From NCBI GenBank assembly GCA_021810455.1, contig JAJZIU010000001.1, positions 4,613-68,612 on the forward strand: a stretch of 64,000 nucleotides of DNA. Reading direction: 5' to 3'. Below the pieces are notes generated by a model, which saw only the letters and a list, made by a program, of their open reading frames with translations, made no database searches and was not told the origin of the DNA. Source of the stretch: Candidatus Micrarchaeota archaeon. GTDB taxonomy: Archaea; Micrarchaeota; Micrarchaeia; Micrarchaeales; CABMGC01. The first letter of the stretch is position 1; each line of letters starts with the position of its first letter. This document shows positions 25,767 through 36,465 of the stretch, one piece after another. The position numbers and the translations under genes were made by a program.

Positions 25767-26237
25767 GTGGAGCTTAACGAAGCGTCGCTTATAGAAAGGG
25801 AACTGACAGTAAGGAACCTTAGACTCAGTAGAGAAGTGTTAGAGACAAGACGGTCTGCGATAAGATGGCTCGCGCTGTCTTTGGGCATAATAAATCCCGG
25901 AGAGTCAAGACTTGGTTCTCTAGCGGTTTTGGATGCGCTGGTTTATTTTCAATTTGCTGTCAAGAAAGATCCAAACGTTAGGGAAATGATAGATTATATA
26001 AATGCAAATTGGGAAACAATTAATGAAAAAACCTTAAGGTATCATTTGTTAAGAATGAAAAAGATGGGTATAGTAGAAAACAATCAAAGCAAGTTTTATT
26101 TTAAACCGCCGCAGGTAGGAGATAGATTTGATGCATACGCTTGGTCTTCTGAATTGTTCGGGGCATTTTATAGCGGTGTTGCAGTTAAACTTGCTGACGT
26201 AATAAACAATCTGAAGAATAGAGATGTGGTTAGATGA
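25767..26237 (+). CDS. Winged-helix (wHTH) putative transcriptional regulator
   Basis: 156 aa with a GTG start. ...TLRYHLLRMKKMGIVENNQSKFYF is a recognition-helix/wing pattern. 4-nt overlap with the downstream surface-protein gene. Confidence 0.5.
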   Translation: MELNEASLIERELTVRNLRLSREVLETRRSAIRWLALSLGIINPGESRLGSLAVLDALVYFQFAVKKDPNVREMIDYINANWETINEKTLRYHLLRMKKMGIVENNQSKFYFKPPQVGDRFDAYAWSSELFGAFYSGVAVKLADVINNLKNRDVVR

Positions 26238-27847
26238 AAAAGTTGGAAATGTATTTATGGATAGTGTTTATAGCGGCGATAGCAGTAGCCGTGGTGTATT
26301 CAAGATTTATTTATAAACCCGAAGTTATGATGAGTTTGAGATTTACTTCTACTCCGAGCAACATTTTTGTATACCAAAATGTTGTTCTTCCAATAAATGT
26401 TTCAAACATTGGATCTATTCAAATAATAAACATGAGCGTGGGTATCTTCGTAAATAACACTTTGTCTGGAATTTACCATGTTTCCCTACCTAGGAACACA
26501 AGCGCGACGCTTAACTTTTCTTATACCCCCAAGTTGCCAGGTAAATATAATGTAACGGTCATGGCTGACCCAAACAATCTTTATAATTTAGGAAATAGAA
26601 AAAGTGCGAGTGACACATTTATACTCGTAGCAAATCCCGTAGAAACTCCTGCAGCTTATTCGTTGCTACCTGACGGACCAATAGTTTCAAGATCAATGGT
26701 AATGACAAACTTAGGATATGTTGCCTCTTCTTATCTTCTGAATAATTATAGCATGACACAATTGGGTTTATCTAATATAAGTGTGGCAAATTCGCTATTT
26801 TATCCGCTACTAAATCTTACAACACCGTATTTAAGCGATGTAGCAGTTGCAAGTGCAAGGTACAATAATGCTAGTGCTCTTTCCCTTTGGATTAGTGGAT
26901 ATCTTAAACCAAACATAGTAGATGTTGCTGCTGAAGGAAAGGGAATAAACTTCACAAACGAGAGTGTTGGGGGAAAAAGTGTATCTGTTATGCAACTTGA
27001 TTCTAATACTACGCTTTGTAGTTGGTATGATGGAGGCTGGATTAAGAATTTCGTATATAGAGGGCCATTATCGTGTTTATCAGTACTTAACAGGACAATT
27101 GTGCAGAATAAATCACAATCCAATCCGTTGGCAGATAAACTCAATCAATTATCACAAGGAGTTGTAGAGAACTTCAGCTATGCATACGGTGGAAATTATA
27201 TTATCGGAAAGATGTTAGTTGTTAATAGTTCGGTTATGTTTGCCTCTTTGCAAAATTTTGGTATAGATAACAATAGACTGTGCAGTGGCCCCATAACAAA
27301 CATAAATAACGCAAGCTATTGCAGCTATTATGTTTTTCCTTTGTCTGGAATGATAGGTAATTTTTCACTGATAAAAACACTCGCATTTACCAAAGAGTAT
27401 AATTCCAGCGTGGTGGCTTTGGTTAATACTTCGGATGTATTAAATCAGGTAGCCTACAATATTGGTGCACTTAATCAATTTAACATAACCGGACCGTATT
27501 TGAATTTCTCATCTGGAATAAGCAATATTTGTAAATTTGGAGGAGGATTTGAATGCTCTTCTGCTAAGTTGATAAATAACAGCGTGATGTTCACATTAGT
27601 CAACAAAAATAACGAAAGTGTGGTATTGAATAGTGTAGGGTGTATAGTTCAGAATGCAACGTATTATACCAATTTGACATCTGTTGTAGAGGTAGGTAAG
27701 TCTGTGAATGTCACTTCTGGTTGTGGGGATTTGTTTTCTTCATCTAATCCAAACAGTTACGTTGCAAGTATATATCTGAAATTTGGATTGAATTACACTA
27801 TTGGAGGAGCGCATAGATTCGCAAACGGTAACGTTTTGATCGTTTAG
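26234..27847 (+). CDS. Membrane-anchored extracellular glycoprotein with CARDB-like domain
   Basis: 537 aa. N-terminal anchor LWIVFIAAIAVAVVY. The segment VVLPINVSNIGSIQI...LNFSYTPKLPGKYNVTVMADPNN fits the CARDB pattern. Roughly 30 N-x-S/T sequons by eye. Confidence 0.6.
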   Translation: MKKLEMYLWIVFIAAIAVAVVYSRFIYKPEVMMSLRFTSTPSNIFVYQNVVLPINVSNIGSIQIINMSVGIFVNNTLSGIYHVSLPRNTSATLNFSYTPKLPGKYNVTVMADPNNLYNLGNRKSASDTFILVANPVETPAAYSLLPDGPIVSRSMVMTNLGYVASSYLLNNYSMTQLGLSNISVANSLFYPLLNLTTPYLSDVAVASARYNNASALSLWISGYLKPNIVDVAAEGKGINFTNESVGGKSVSVMQLDSNTTLCSWYDGGWIKNFVYRGPLSCLSVLNRTIVQNKSQSNPLADKLNQLSQGVVENFSYAYGGNYIIGKMLVVNSSVMFASLQNFGIDNNRLCSGPITNINNASYCSYYVFPLSGMIGNFSLIKTLAFTKEYNSSVVALVNTSDVLNQVAYNIGALNQFNITGPYLNFSSGISNICKFGGGFECSSAKLINNSVMFTLVNKNNESVVLNSVGCIVQNATYYTNLTSVVEVGKSVNVTSGCGDLFSSSNPNSYVASIYLKFGLNYTIGGAHRFANGNVLIV

Positions 27848-27854
27848 AATTTCC

Positions 27855-30584
27855 ATGGATCCTTATTCCTTATTTATAGCCAGATTCGGTAGATTTACAG
27901 AGGTACAAGAGATGGCTTTTGAAGCCATAAAAAAAGGTAGCAACTGTGTAATAACAGCACCTACAGGAAGTGGCAAAACAGACGCTGCATTGTTACCAAT
28001 GCTTGATCTTATATCGAAATCCGCATATGATAATAACATTTTAGTGCTTTATATAACACCCTTGAAAGCACTTAACAGAGATTTAATAAAGAGAGTGACC
28101 TGGCTGTGTAATGAATTGGGAGTAAGCGTAGGGGTCAGACATGGTGATACGAGTGTTGTTGAGAGAAAACACCAGGCAGAACACCCTCCACAATTGTTAA
28201 TAACCACACCAGAGAGTCTTCAAAATTTATTTTTATCCCCAAGACTCAGAAACTCTTTAAAGAAACTCAAAGGAGTTATAGTAGATGAGGTTCATGAGTT
28301 ATATTACAACAAAAGGGGCGCACAGCTTTCAGTTGCTTTGTCAAGAGTTACAAAAATTTCGGGCGAATTCCAACGTGTTTGCATAAGTGCAACGGTTGGT
28401 GATGTTGAGACGATTTCTGAGTTTATGTTTGGAAAAAGAGATTACACTGTTGTGAGGTCTTCAAAGGGTAAAAAATTTGATATTAATATAGAGATGCCGG
28501 AAAAACCACTTAGGAAGCACGACGAGATAATAGAGGCTTTTGGATTAGATGACCCATCTCTTGCAAGAATGGAGAGGATATCTGAAATTGTAAAAGATTC
28601 TGAAGCGACTTTGGTTTTTACAAACACAAGACAAGCCGCAGAATCTCTTGGCAGTAAGCTGATTTACTTTGATAAGGTGGAGCATTTTGGTCCAGTGGGC
28701 ATACACCATAGCTCTATTGAAAAAACAGAAAGGATAGAGACTGAAGAGAAACTAAAGGAGGGGAAATTGAAGTGTATTGTTTCTACAAGTTCATTGGAGC
28801 TCGGAATAGATATAGGAATGATAAATCAAGTTATACAATACGGATCCCCGAGGCAGGCAACGCGTTTATTACAGAGGATAGGTAGAGGGGGACATAGAGA
28901 AGGTGCCACGTCAATAGGCACAATTTTAGTTTCTGGTGTTATGGATGCTTTAGAATCTATTGCGATAGTAGCTTCTGCAAGAGATGCGCGTTTAGAAAGA
29001 CAGGATATGGAAAGGTGTGCAATTGATGTTATGTTGAACCAGATATGTTCCATTGCATTGGAATACAGAGAGATAAGTATTGATGAAATGTACGCAGTGT
29101 TTAAAGGTGCTTCTGCATTTTCCGATTTGCAGCTGGAGCTTTTCGAATCTGTAGTAAAATTTGCAGAAGAAGAAAAACTCATTACCACAAGAGATAAGAT
29201 AAGGATAAGTAGTAGGGCAAGAGATTATTTTTACAATAATATAAGTGTGATACCTGATTCGCCGAAATTTTACGTGAAGGATATATTAAGAAATAAGGTC
29301 GTGTCGCTTCTTGATGAAAAGTTTGTTTTTAGCTACATAGATGAGGGCTCTGTTTTCATAACGCGTGGAATGCCGTGGAAAGTGGTGAGTATTGAAGAGG
29401 ACACTGTTTTTGTTGAACCGAGTTTAGACCTAAGTGCGGCCATACCGGATTGGGAAGGAGAGGACATACCAGTGTCTTACGAAATTGCAAATAGGGTTGC
29501 TAGACTTTTCGAAGAAGTACCAGCAGATGCAAGGCTTGATAAAAACTCTGAAAGAGAAATAAGTTTGTTTATTAAAAAACAATTAGAATCATTTATACCT
29601 TCAACAAATACGATAGCTGTCGAGATTCTTGATGAATATGTAATAATCCATTCCTTATTAGGAAAGTTGGCAAACGAGTTTTTAGGCAGAGCGATAATGA
29701 GAATTATCGGTTCTAGAGACATATTCATGAGAGCTACACCGTATGCGATTATGATTGATTACGGATCTTCAATAAAAGCTCCAGATATTAAAAAGGCGTT
29801 TGATGTCTTACAGGTTTCAAAACTTGATGCTTCAGTTGTTGAGGATACAGAGCTGTTCAGATACAAATTTGTACAGATATCTAAATTGCTAGGCATTATT
29901 GATAAAAAAGCCAAAGTAACAAAAAACGTTGCAAACAAGTTGGTAAGATTTTATAGAGATTCGATAGTATACAGGGAGACTCTCAGAGATTTGGAAAAGA
30001 ACAACATAGATGTAGAAAGAGTTAGGGGGCTTTTTAACGAAATAAGAGCAGGTAGAGTAAAGATAATATATAGGAATCAAATATCCGCGCTTTCTGAGGA
30101 ACTGATTAAAAGTACTATGAAATACAGGGAACTTTTGTCTTCCGCCCTACCTGGCAATGAAGTCGTTGAGCAATTCGAGATTAAGTTTAGGGGAAGAAAT
30201 GTTTTGTTATTATGCACCTATTGTGGATTTGAATTTAATTATGAAATAAAGATAGGGAAGGATGGATTAATAAGATGCCCAAGATGTGGAAGTTCAATGT
30301 TGGTTAGATCGAAGGATGTCGCAAGAGATGTGATTAAAAGAAGTTTGTTAAAATCAAAATTGACTGTAGATGATAGAAAAATCAAGATAGAACTTTTGAA
30401 AGAAGCAGGAATGGTATCAGAATATGGAGATAGAGCTCTGATAACATTATTAACTTATGGGGTTGGAGTCAACACTGCTGCAAGAGTTCTCAGGCTAGTT
30501 AGAACAGATTATTCGAGATTTATAAAAGATATAATAGAAGCACAGAAAACTTTTGTAAAAAACAGCAAGTTTTGGAAAAAATAG
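27855..30584 (+). CDS. lhr: Lhr-type DEAD/DEAH-box superfamily 2 helicase (paralog 1, C-terminal zinc ribbon)
   Basis: 909 aa. APTGSGKT (I), VDEVHE (II), TSSLELGIDIG, QRIGRGGHR (VI), and the long Lhr-core-type C-terminal extension. CTYCGFEF...RCPRCGS zinc ribbon near the C-terminus. Confidence 0.86.
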   Translation: MDPYSLFIARFGRFTEVQEMAFEAIKKGSNCVITAPTGSGKTDAALLPMLDLISKSAYDNNILVLYITPLKALNRDLIKRVTWLCNELGVSVGVRHGDTSVVERKHQAEHPPQLLITTPESLQNLFLSPRLRNSLKKLKGVIVDEVHELYYNKRGAQLSVALSRVTKISGEFQRVCISATVGDVETISEFMFGKRDYTVVRSSKGKKFDINIEMPEKPLRKHDEIIEAFGLDDPSLARMERISEIVKDSEATLVFTNTRQAAESLGSKLIYFDKVEHFGPVGIHHSSIEKTERIETEEKLKEGKLKCIVSTSSLELGIDIGMINQVIQYGSPRQATRLLQRIGRGGHREGATSIGTILVSGVMDALESIAIVASARDARLERQDMERCAIDVMLNQICSIALEYREISIDEMYAVFKGASAFSDLQLELFESVVKFAEEEKLITTRDKIRISSRARDYFYNNISVIPDSPKFYVKDILRNKVVSLLDEKFVFSYIDEGSVFITRGMPWKVVSIEEDTVFVEPSLDLSAAIPDWEGEDIPVSYEIANRVARLFEEVPADARLDKNSEREISLFIKKQLESFIPSTNTIAVEILDEYVIIHSLLGKLANEFLGRAIMRIIGSRDIFMRATPYAIMIDYGSSIKAPDIKKAFDVLQVSKLDASVVEDTELFRYKFVQISKLLGIIDKKAKVTKNVANKLVRFYRDSIVYRETLRDLEKNNIDVERVRGLFNEIRAGRVKIIYRNQISALSEELIKSTMKYRELLSSALPGNEVVEQFEIKFRGRNVLLLCTYCGFEFNYEIKIGKDGLIRCPRCGSSMLVRSKDVARDVIKRSLLKSKLTVDDRKIKIELLKEAGMVSEYGDRALITLLTYGVGVNTAARVLRLVRTDYSRFIKDIIEAQKTFVKNSKFWKK

Positions 30585-30593
30585 TCACAGCAT

Positions 30594-32996
30594 TCAATAG
30601 ATGAGTTTTGCGTCTGCTATTTTTGATCCGGAATCAAGTTTCATTAGTCTTACTCCGCTTGTTGCCCTGCCCGTCTCCCTTATGGAACTTACAGGTATGG
30701 TTATACTTATTCCCCTGTTGTTTATAAGCAATAGATGCGGTTCGTCGGACAAAGAAAGTGCCTTAGAAACGTTTCCTGTTTTCTGGTTTGTCCTAAGATT
30801 TGCTATGCCCTTTCCGCCTCTTTTTTGAGTTCTATATTTGTTTATAGGAGTTACCTTACCATAACCATTTTCAGTTACTGTCATTAGTTTGGTGCTGTCA
30901 TCTACAGCGAGTATGTTTCTAGGTACATCGTCCTTTAACCTTATGCCACGAACTCCCATTGCAGTCCTTCCGATAAATCTTAAATCATTATCATTAAACT
31001 TTATTGCTTTGCCTTTAGCTGTAGCGATAACTAAATATTTTTTATCTCTGTAGGAGACAACGTCGACTATTTCGTCTCCTTGAGCCAACGTTATTGCACG
31101 TACACCTGAAGAACGAGGTTTTGAGAATAGATCTGCGCGTACTTTTTTAACTAATCCTTTGCGAGTTAAGAACACAAGATTTGAATTTTCAAATCCTTTT
31201 ATATCCAACAAACCTATTATCTTTTCGTCAGTTATGTTTAGCAGGTTCACTATCGCTTTTCCTTCGGAATATCTGCTACTTTCAGGTACGTTGTATGCTT
31301 TTAGCCAGTAAACCCTCCCTTTGTTTGAAATAGAAAGGACGTAGTCTTTGTTATTACAGGCTATTACTTGGTTTACATAATCTCCGTCTTTGAGGTTTAT
31401 TGATATTACACCTTTTCCGCCGCGGGCTTGTTCTTTGTAGATTGTTGTTGCCATTCTCTTTACGTATCCTTCCTTGGTTAATATCAAAGTGACTGGCTCG
31501 TCACTTATCATATCTTCATCTTTTATCATGAATGCGCTTTCATCCTCTGATTTAATTATTTCTGTTTTTCGTGGTTTGCTATAAAGTTTTTTAATTTCTT
31601 CAGTTTCAGAGCGTATTATGCCTTTTATCTTTTCAGGATCAGAAATTACACCGGAGTAGTATTCTATTTTCCTTCCAAGTTCGTCACTTTCTATTTTTAA
31701 TGTGTCGCTTTCTAAATGAGTGAGTCTGGAAAGTTTCATATCGAGTATAGCGTCTGCTTGTTTTATTGTAAGGCTATGTGTGGTTATTAGCTTTTCGCGT
31801 GCGTCTTTGACTTCCTTACTGGCTTTTATATCACGTATTATATCGTCTATTTTTTCGATTGCTATCAGTAATCCTTGCACGATATGTTGTCTTTCGGTTG
31901 CCATGTTTAGTTCGTACTTACTTCTTCGGAGTATTACGTCTTTTCTATGCTCAACAAATACTGAAATCATTTGCAAAATATTAAGATTTCTAAGGCTTTT
32001 TCCAACAACTGCAAGGTTTATTATAGGCAGTGTGTTCTCTAACTGAGTATGTTTGTATAGTTGATTCAATATCTGGTCTGGGTCAAAATTTTCTTTAAGA
32101 TCTATGACTATGCGTATGCCGCCCTTATCGCTTTCGTCTCGGAGATCTTTTATTCCATTTATTCTTTTGTCTTTTACAAGAATTGCGATGGCTTGCACTA
32201 TTGATGCCTTGTTGGTGTTGTATGGTACTTCAGTTATCACTATTCTATTTTCGGAGCTTGTATCTGCTTTTGCTCTGACGCGAATCTGACCCCTGCCGTG
32301 TCTATAGCCATCATATGCGCTTTGTGACATTATTGCTATACCGCCTGTGGGAAAATCAGGTCCTTTAACTATTTCAAGAAGATCGTCTGCAGTAGTAACA
32401 GCGGATTCCAGGTATTTTATTATTGCATCACACACTTCAGACAGGTTGTGTGGGGGCATACTTGTCGCTACTCCAACAGCTATACCCGAAGATCCATTTA
32501 CAAGAAGGTTTGGTATTTTTGAAGGGAGTATAAGAGGCTCTTCCTCAGTGTTATCAAAATTTGGTATAAAATCAGCGGTGCCTTTATCAAGATCTTCCAA
32601 CATCTCCTCTGCAATTTTAGTAAGTCTGACTTCAGTGTATCTCTGTGCAGCAGGAGGATCTCCGTCTATTGAACCAAAATTCCCCTGACCTTCCACTAAA
32701 GTGTGATGCATAGAGAATCCTTGAGCCATACGAACCATTGCATCGTAAACGGCAGTATCTCCGTGTGGATGGTATTTTCCTATTGTTTCTCCAACTATTC
32801 TCGCGCTTTTTTTTGTCGGCTGATTGTGTAAATTTTTAAGATTATACATGGCGTAAAGTATCCTTCTTTGTACTGGTTTTAGGCCATCGCGAGCATCAGG
32901 TATAGCCCTTCCGATTATTACGCTCATTGCGTAATCCACGTAGCTAGCCTGAAGTTCTTCGTCAATCGGAGTTATTATCTGCTTTTCCATTTGCAA
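30594..32996 (-). CDS. gyrA: DNA gyrase subunit A
   Basis: 800 aa. [29 protein letters not shown], active-site region [15 protein letters not shown], and C-terminal beta-pinwheel repeats. Confidence 0.96.
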   Translation of the reverse strand: MQMEKQIITPIDEELQASYVDYAMSVIIGRAIPDARDGLKPVQRRILYAMYNLKNLHNQPTKKSARIVGETIGKYHPHGDTAVYDAMVRMAQGFSMHHTLVEGQGNFGSIDGDPPAAQRYTEVRLTKIAEEMLEDLDKGTADFIPNFDNTEEEPLILPSKIPNLLVNGSSGIAVGVATSMPPHNLSEVCDAIIKYLESAVTTADDLLEIVKGPDFPTGGIAIMSQSAYDGYRHGRGQIRVRAKADTSSENRIVITEVPYNTNKASIVQAIAILVKDKRINGIKDLRDESDKGGIRIVIDLKENFDPDQILNQLYKHTQLENTLPIINLAVVGKSLRNLNILQMISVFVEHRKDVILRRSKYELNMATERQHIVQGLLIAIEKIDDIIRDIKASKEVKDAREKLITTHSLTIKQADAILDMKLSRLTHLESDTLKIESDELGRKIEYYSGVISDPEKIKGIIRSETEEIKKLYSKPRKTEIIKSEDESAFMIKDEDMISDEPVTLILTKEGYVKRMATTIYKEQARGGKGVISINLKDGDYVNQVIACNNKDYVLSISNKGRVYWLKAYNVPESSRYSEGKAIVNLLNITDEKIIGLLDIKGFENSNLVFLTRKGLVKKVRADLFSKPRSSGVRAITLAQGDEIVDVVSYRDKKYLVIATAKGKAIKFNDNDLRFIGRTAMGVRGIRLKDDVPRNILAVDDSTKLMTVTENGYGKVTPINKYRTQKRGGKGIANLRTNQKTGNVSKALSLSDEPHLLLINNRGISITIPVSSIRETGRATSGVRLMKLDSGSKIADAKLIY

Positions 32997-32999
32997 ACC

Positions 33000-34907
33000 T
33001 CATATGTCTAATGATTTTACTTCTTCCGCATGTTCTTGCAAAAATTTTCTTCTTTTTTGTACGTCCATGCCCATTAGAATCGTAAATAATTCGTCGGTGT
33101 GCATAGCATCGGTTATTGATACTTTTTTAAGTATCCTATTTTTAGGATCCATTGTAGTTTCCCATAGTTGCTCGGGATTCATTTCTCCTAAACCTTTGTA
33201 TCGTTGTACTTCTGCTTTTCCACCAAGTTCTTTCAGTTTCGCATCTAGTTCCTGATCGCTGTAACAGTAGGAAACATCTTTTCCTTTAGAAACTTTGTAT
33301 AGGGGGGGTTGTGCCATGTACACATAGCCGTCTTCTATTATTTTGCGCATGTACCTGTAAATAAAAGTTAGTAGAAGTGTGCGTATATGACTTCCGTCAA
33401 CATCCGCATCAGTCATGAGTATTATTTTTTTATATCGTATATTTTCTGAGTTGAACGATTCATTTATCCCAGTTCCAAAGGCCGTTATTAGTGCCTTGAT
33501 TTCAGCATTATCGAAGATTTTCTCTACGTTTGCTTTTTCTACGTTTAATATCTTGCCTCTTAATGGAAGGATTGCTTGTATGTTTTTGTCTCTTCCATCT
33601 TTTCCAGAGCCACCTGCGCTCTGTCCTTCTACTATGAAGAGCTCCGTTTCATCAGGATTATTTGATATACAATCTGCCAATTTTCCAGGAAGTACAGTGC
33701 CTTCGAATAAACTCTTTTTTCTTGCAAGCTCTCTAGCCTTGCGAGAACTTTCACGCGCGTTTGCAGCTGTTTCTGCCTTTTCTATTATTGCTTTGGCATC
33801 TGAAGGGTGCTCCTCGAGATAGCGAGATATATGAGAATATATCTCGGTTTCTACAATCGTCTTTATTTGCGCGTTACCGAGTTTGCCTTTTGTCTGTCCT
33901 TCAAATTCGGGGTTTTGCATCAATACACTAAGTACTGCGGTAAGTCCTTCCCTGACATCTTCGCCGGTTATTTTTGTTTCAGCTTTTCCGGATTTGTTTT
34001 TTGATATGTAATTTAGTACTGCTCGAGTCAGGCCAGTGTGGAACCCAACCACGTGGGTTCCGCCTTCCACAGTTCGTATGTTATTTACAAAGGATTCAAT
34101 TTTCTCGTCGTATGTACTATTATATTGTAGGGCGTACTCTATGCTTACCTGCCCTTCTTGTATTTTGGAACGTATTATATTTGTCAATGTAGTTTTTCCG
34201 TTGTTCATATAGCGTATAAAGTCGGTTATGCCTTCTTTGGATGAGTATGTTTCGTCTTCTGGAGACTCAAATCTCTCATCTTTTAGAGTTATGTTTATCC
34301 CAGGGTTTAAAAAACTCGTATATCTAAGCCTGTCTTTAAGAGTTGTTGAATCGAAAGTAGTAGTTTGGAATATCTCTTTATCAGGTTTGAATTCCGTAGT
34401 GGTTCCGGTTTCTTTAGTGTCACCAAGTTGTTGCAGAGGAGATGTTGGAACTCCTTTGCTAAAACCCATTCTGTAAATATGTCCGTCCTTTTTTACAGTT
34501 ACGTTTGTGTATTCAGATAATGCATTAACCACAGTAAGCCCAACGCCGTGCAGTCCTCCGGACACCTTGTAAGCATCGCTAGAGAATTTACCGCCTTTGT
34601 GCAGGGTGGTCATTATTACTTCGAGTGCACTTTTATTGAATTTTGGCATGATGTCTACAGGTATGCCACGACCGTCATCAATCACTTCGGCAACATTGAC
34701 ATCATTATCCATGAATAATCGTATTTTAATGTTTTTACAGTATCCGGACATTGCTTCGTCTACTGCATTGTCTATCACTTCGTAGAGAAGGTGAAGCACT
34801 CCGCTAGGGCCAGTAGAACCTATATACATTGCTGGTCTTTTACGTATTCCTTGCGGACCTTCGAGAACAATAATTTTAGATGCGTTGTAGTCGTCACTTT
34901 CTGCCAT
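33000..34907 (-). CDS. gyrB: DNA gyrase subunit B
   Basis: LEGPQGIRKRPAMYIGST, GLHGVG, EGQSAGGS, PLRGKILNV and DADVDGSHI. ATG at 34907 (MAESDDY...) preferred over the track start at 34964. Confidence 0.96.
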   Translation of the reverse strand: MAESDDYNASKIIVLEGPQGIRKRPAMYIGSTGPSGVLHLLYEVIDNAVDEAMSGYCKNIKIRLFMDNDVNVAEVIDDGRGIPVDIMPKFNKSALEVIMTTLHKGGKFSSDAYKVSGGLHGVGLTVVNALSEYTNVTVKKDGHIYRMGFSKGVPTSPLQQLGDTKETGTTTEFKPDKEIFQTTTFDSTTLKDRLRYTSFLNPGINITLKDERFESPEDETYSSKEGITDFIRYMNNGKTTLTNIIRSKIQEGQVSIEYALQYNSTYDEKIESFVNNIRTVEGGTHVVGFHTGLTRAVLNYISKNKSGKAETKITGEDVREGLTAVLSVLMQNPEFEGQTKGKLGNAQIKTIVETEIYSHISRYLEEHPSDAKAIIEKAETAANARESSRKARELARKKSLFEGTVLPGKLADCISNNPDETELFIVEGQSAGGSGKDGRDKNIQAILPLRGKILNVEKANVEKIFDNAEIKALITAFGTGINESFNSENIRYKKIILMTDADVDGSHIRTLLLTFIYRYMRKIIEDGYVYMAQPPLYKVSKGKDVSYCYSDQELDAKLKELGGKAEVQRYKGLGEMNPEQLWETTMDPKNRILKKVSITDAMHTDELFTILMGMDVQKRRKFLQEHAEEVKSLDI

Positions 34908-34975
34908 GAAAAACAACGCAAATATATCTGATTTTAAGACTATAAACCTTCTCTGCATATGCATATTGTGAGGTT

Positions 34976-36331
34976 ATGGCAAGGGAAAATGTGAAAAAAT
35001 CAAAATCTAAAAAGGTTATTGTGATAGGGGCTGCGGGTAGGGATTTTCATAACTTTAATGTGCTGTTTAGAAACAATAAAGAATACGATGTTGTTGCATT
35101 CACAGCAAATCAGATCCCATACATCACGAATAGAGATTATCCTGAAATCCTTGCTGGGAAAAGTTATAAGAAAGGTATACACATATACGACGAATCAGAA
35201 CTTTCGGGACTCATTAGAAAGTTTAATGTAGACATATCTGTGATGTCGTATAGTGATCTTCCTTTTAACCAGGTAATGCATATTGCGAGTTTGGTTAATG
35301 CTGCTGGTTCAGATTTTTGGCTTGTTGCGCCAAACAAGACCATGATAAAATCGAGTAAGCCAGTTATTGCAGTTTGTGCAGTAAGAACAGGATGCGGCAA
35401 AAGTCAGGTGTCTAGATATATATCAAAACTTCTGAGGGAGAAAGGCTTCAGGGTTGTCATCATAAGACATCCAATGCCCTATGGCGTTCTGAAAAAACAG
35501 GCAGTTCAGAAGTTTTCAGAACTTAAAGACCTAGATAAATACAATACAACTATTGAAGAAAGAGAAGATTACGAACCTCATTTGAAGAACGGGTTTGTGG
35601 TTTATGCAGGAGTAGATTACGGTAAAATTCTTAAAAAAGCAGAAAAGGAAGCAGACATTATAATATGGGACGGCGGAAACAATGACGCACCTTTTATTAA
35701 ACCAGAATTAATGATAACGGTCGTAGATCCTTTGCGCGCAGGCAACGAACTTAATTATTATCCCGGAGAGACTGTAGCGATGATGGCAGATGTTCTTTTA
35801 GTAAATAAGGTAAATTCTGCTAACAAAGCCGATGTTGAACGAGTTGTATCCAATCTGAAAGGAATAAACAACGAAGGCAGAATATTTTATGCAGACTCTG
35901 TGGTTACTGTTGATAATGGCTCTGAAATAAAGGGGAAAAGAGTGTGTGTAGTTGAAGATGGTCCAACAATAACGCACGGGGGTATGCTTTTCGGCGCAGG
36001 AAGTGTTGCGGTTAAAAAATACGGTGCCAAAAGTGTTGTTGAGGCTAAAAAATATGCAGTAGGAGAAATAAAGAAGACATTTGAAAGGTATGAAAAGCTC
36101 AGGTATGAATTGCCAGCAGTAGGTTATAGCAATAGGGAGATTTCTGATTTGCAGAGGACAATAAATAAGATGCCTTGTGATGTTGTCGTTTCAGCTACAC
36201 CAACAGATTTGAAAAGGTTAATTAATGTGAACAAACCAGTATTACAAGTTAATTATGAACTACAACCTATAGGGAGAGGTTTTGACAAAGAAATAGAGAG
36301 ATTTTTAAGATCTTTGAACAGGGGTCCGTAA
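34976..36331 (+). CDS. COG2403-type predicted GTPase / cyclic 2,3-diphosphoglycerate synthetase-like protein
   Basis: 451 aa. KVIVIGAAGRDFHNFN at the N-terminus, a P-loop-like CAVRTGCGKSQVS, and the size fit my memory of this family. Function not established from sequence alone. The last 10 nt overlap tRNA-Lys. Confidence 0.5.
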   Translation: MARENVKKSKSKKVIVIGAAGRDFHNFNVLFRNNKEYDVVAFTANQIPYITNRDYPEILAGKSYKKGIHIYDESELSGLIRKFNVDISVMSYSDLPFNQVMHIASLVNAAGSDFWLVAPNKTMIKSSKPVIAVCAVRTGCGKSQVSRYISKLLREKGFRVVIIRHPMPYGVLKKQAVQKFSELKDLDKYNTTIEEREDYEPHLKNGFVVYAGVDYGKILKKAEKEADIIIWDGGNNDAPFIKPELMITVVDPLRAGNELNYYPGETVAMMADVLLVNKVNSANKADVERVVSNLKGINNEGRIFYADSVVTVDNGSEIKGKRVCVVEDGPTITHGGMLFGAGSVAVKKYGAKSVVEAKKYAVGEIKKTFERYEKLRYELPAVGYSNREISDLQRTINKMPCDVVVSATPTDLKRLINVNKPVLQVNYELQPIGRGFDKEIERFLRSLNRGP

Positions 36332-36396
36332 CTCAGATTGGTCAGAGTGGCTGGCTCTTAACCAGCAGGTCGTGGGTTCAAATCCCACCGGGCCCG
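36322..36396 (+). tRNA. tRNA-Lys(CUU)
   Basis: Hand fold: GGGTCCG-TA-ACTC-AGATTGGTCA-GAGT-G-GCTGG-CTCTTAA-CCAGC-AGGTC-GTGGG-TTCAAAT-CCCAC-CGGGCCC-G, 75 nt with all stems paired. Followed by the T-rich TTTATGTTTTTATT. The 5' end overlaps the upstream CDS stop codon. Confidence 0.9.
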
Positions 36397-36465
36397 TTTA
36401 TGTTTTTATTGTTCTGGATTAGGAAGGTATTTATATTTGAAATGACGTAATATATGTACTCCTAA

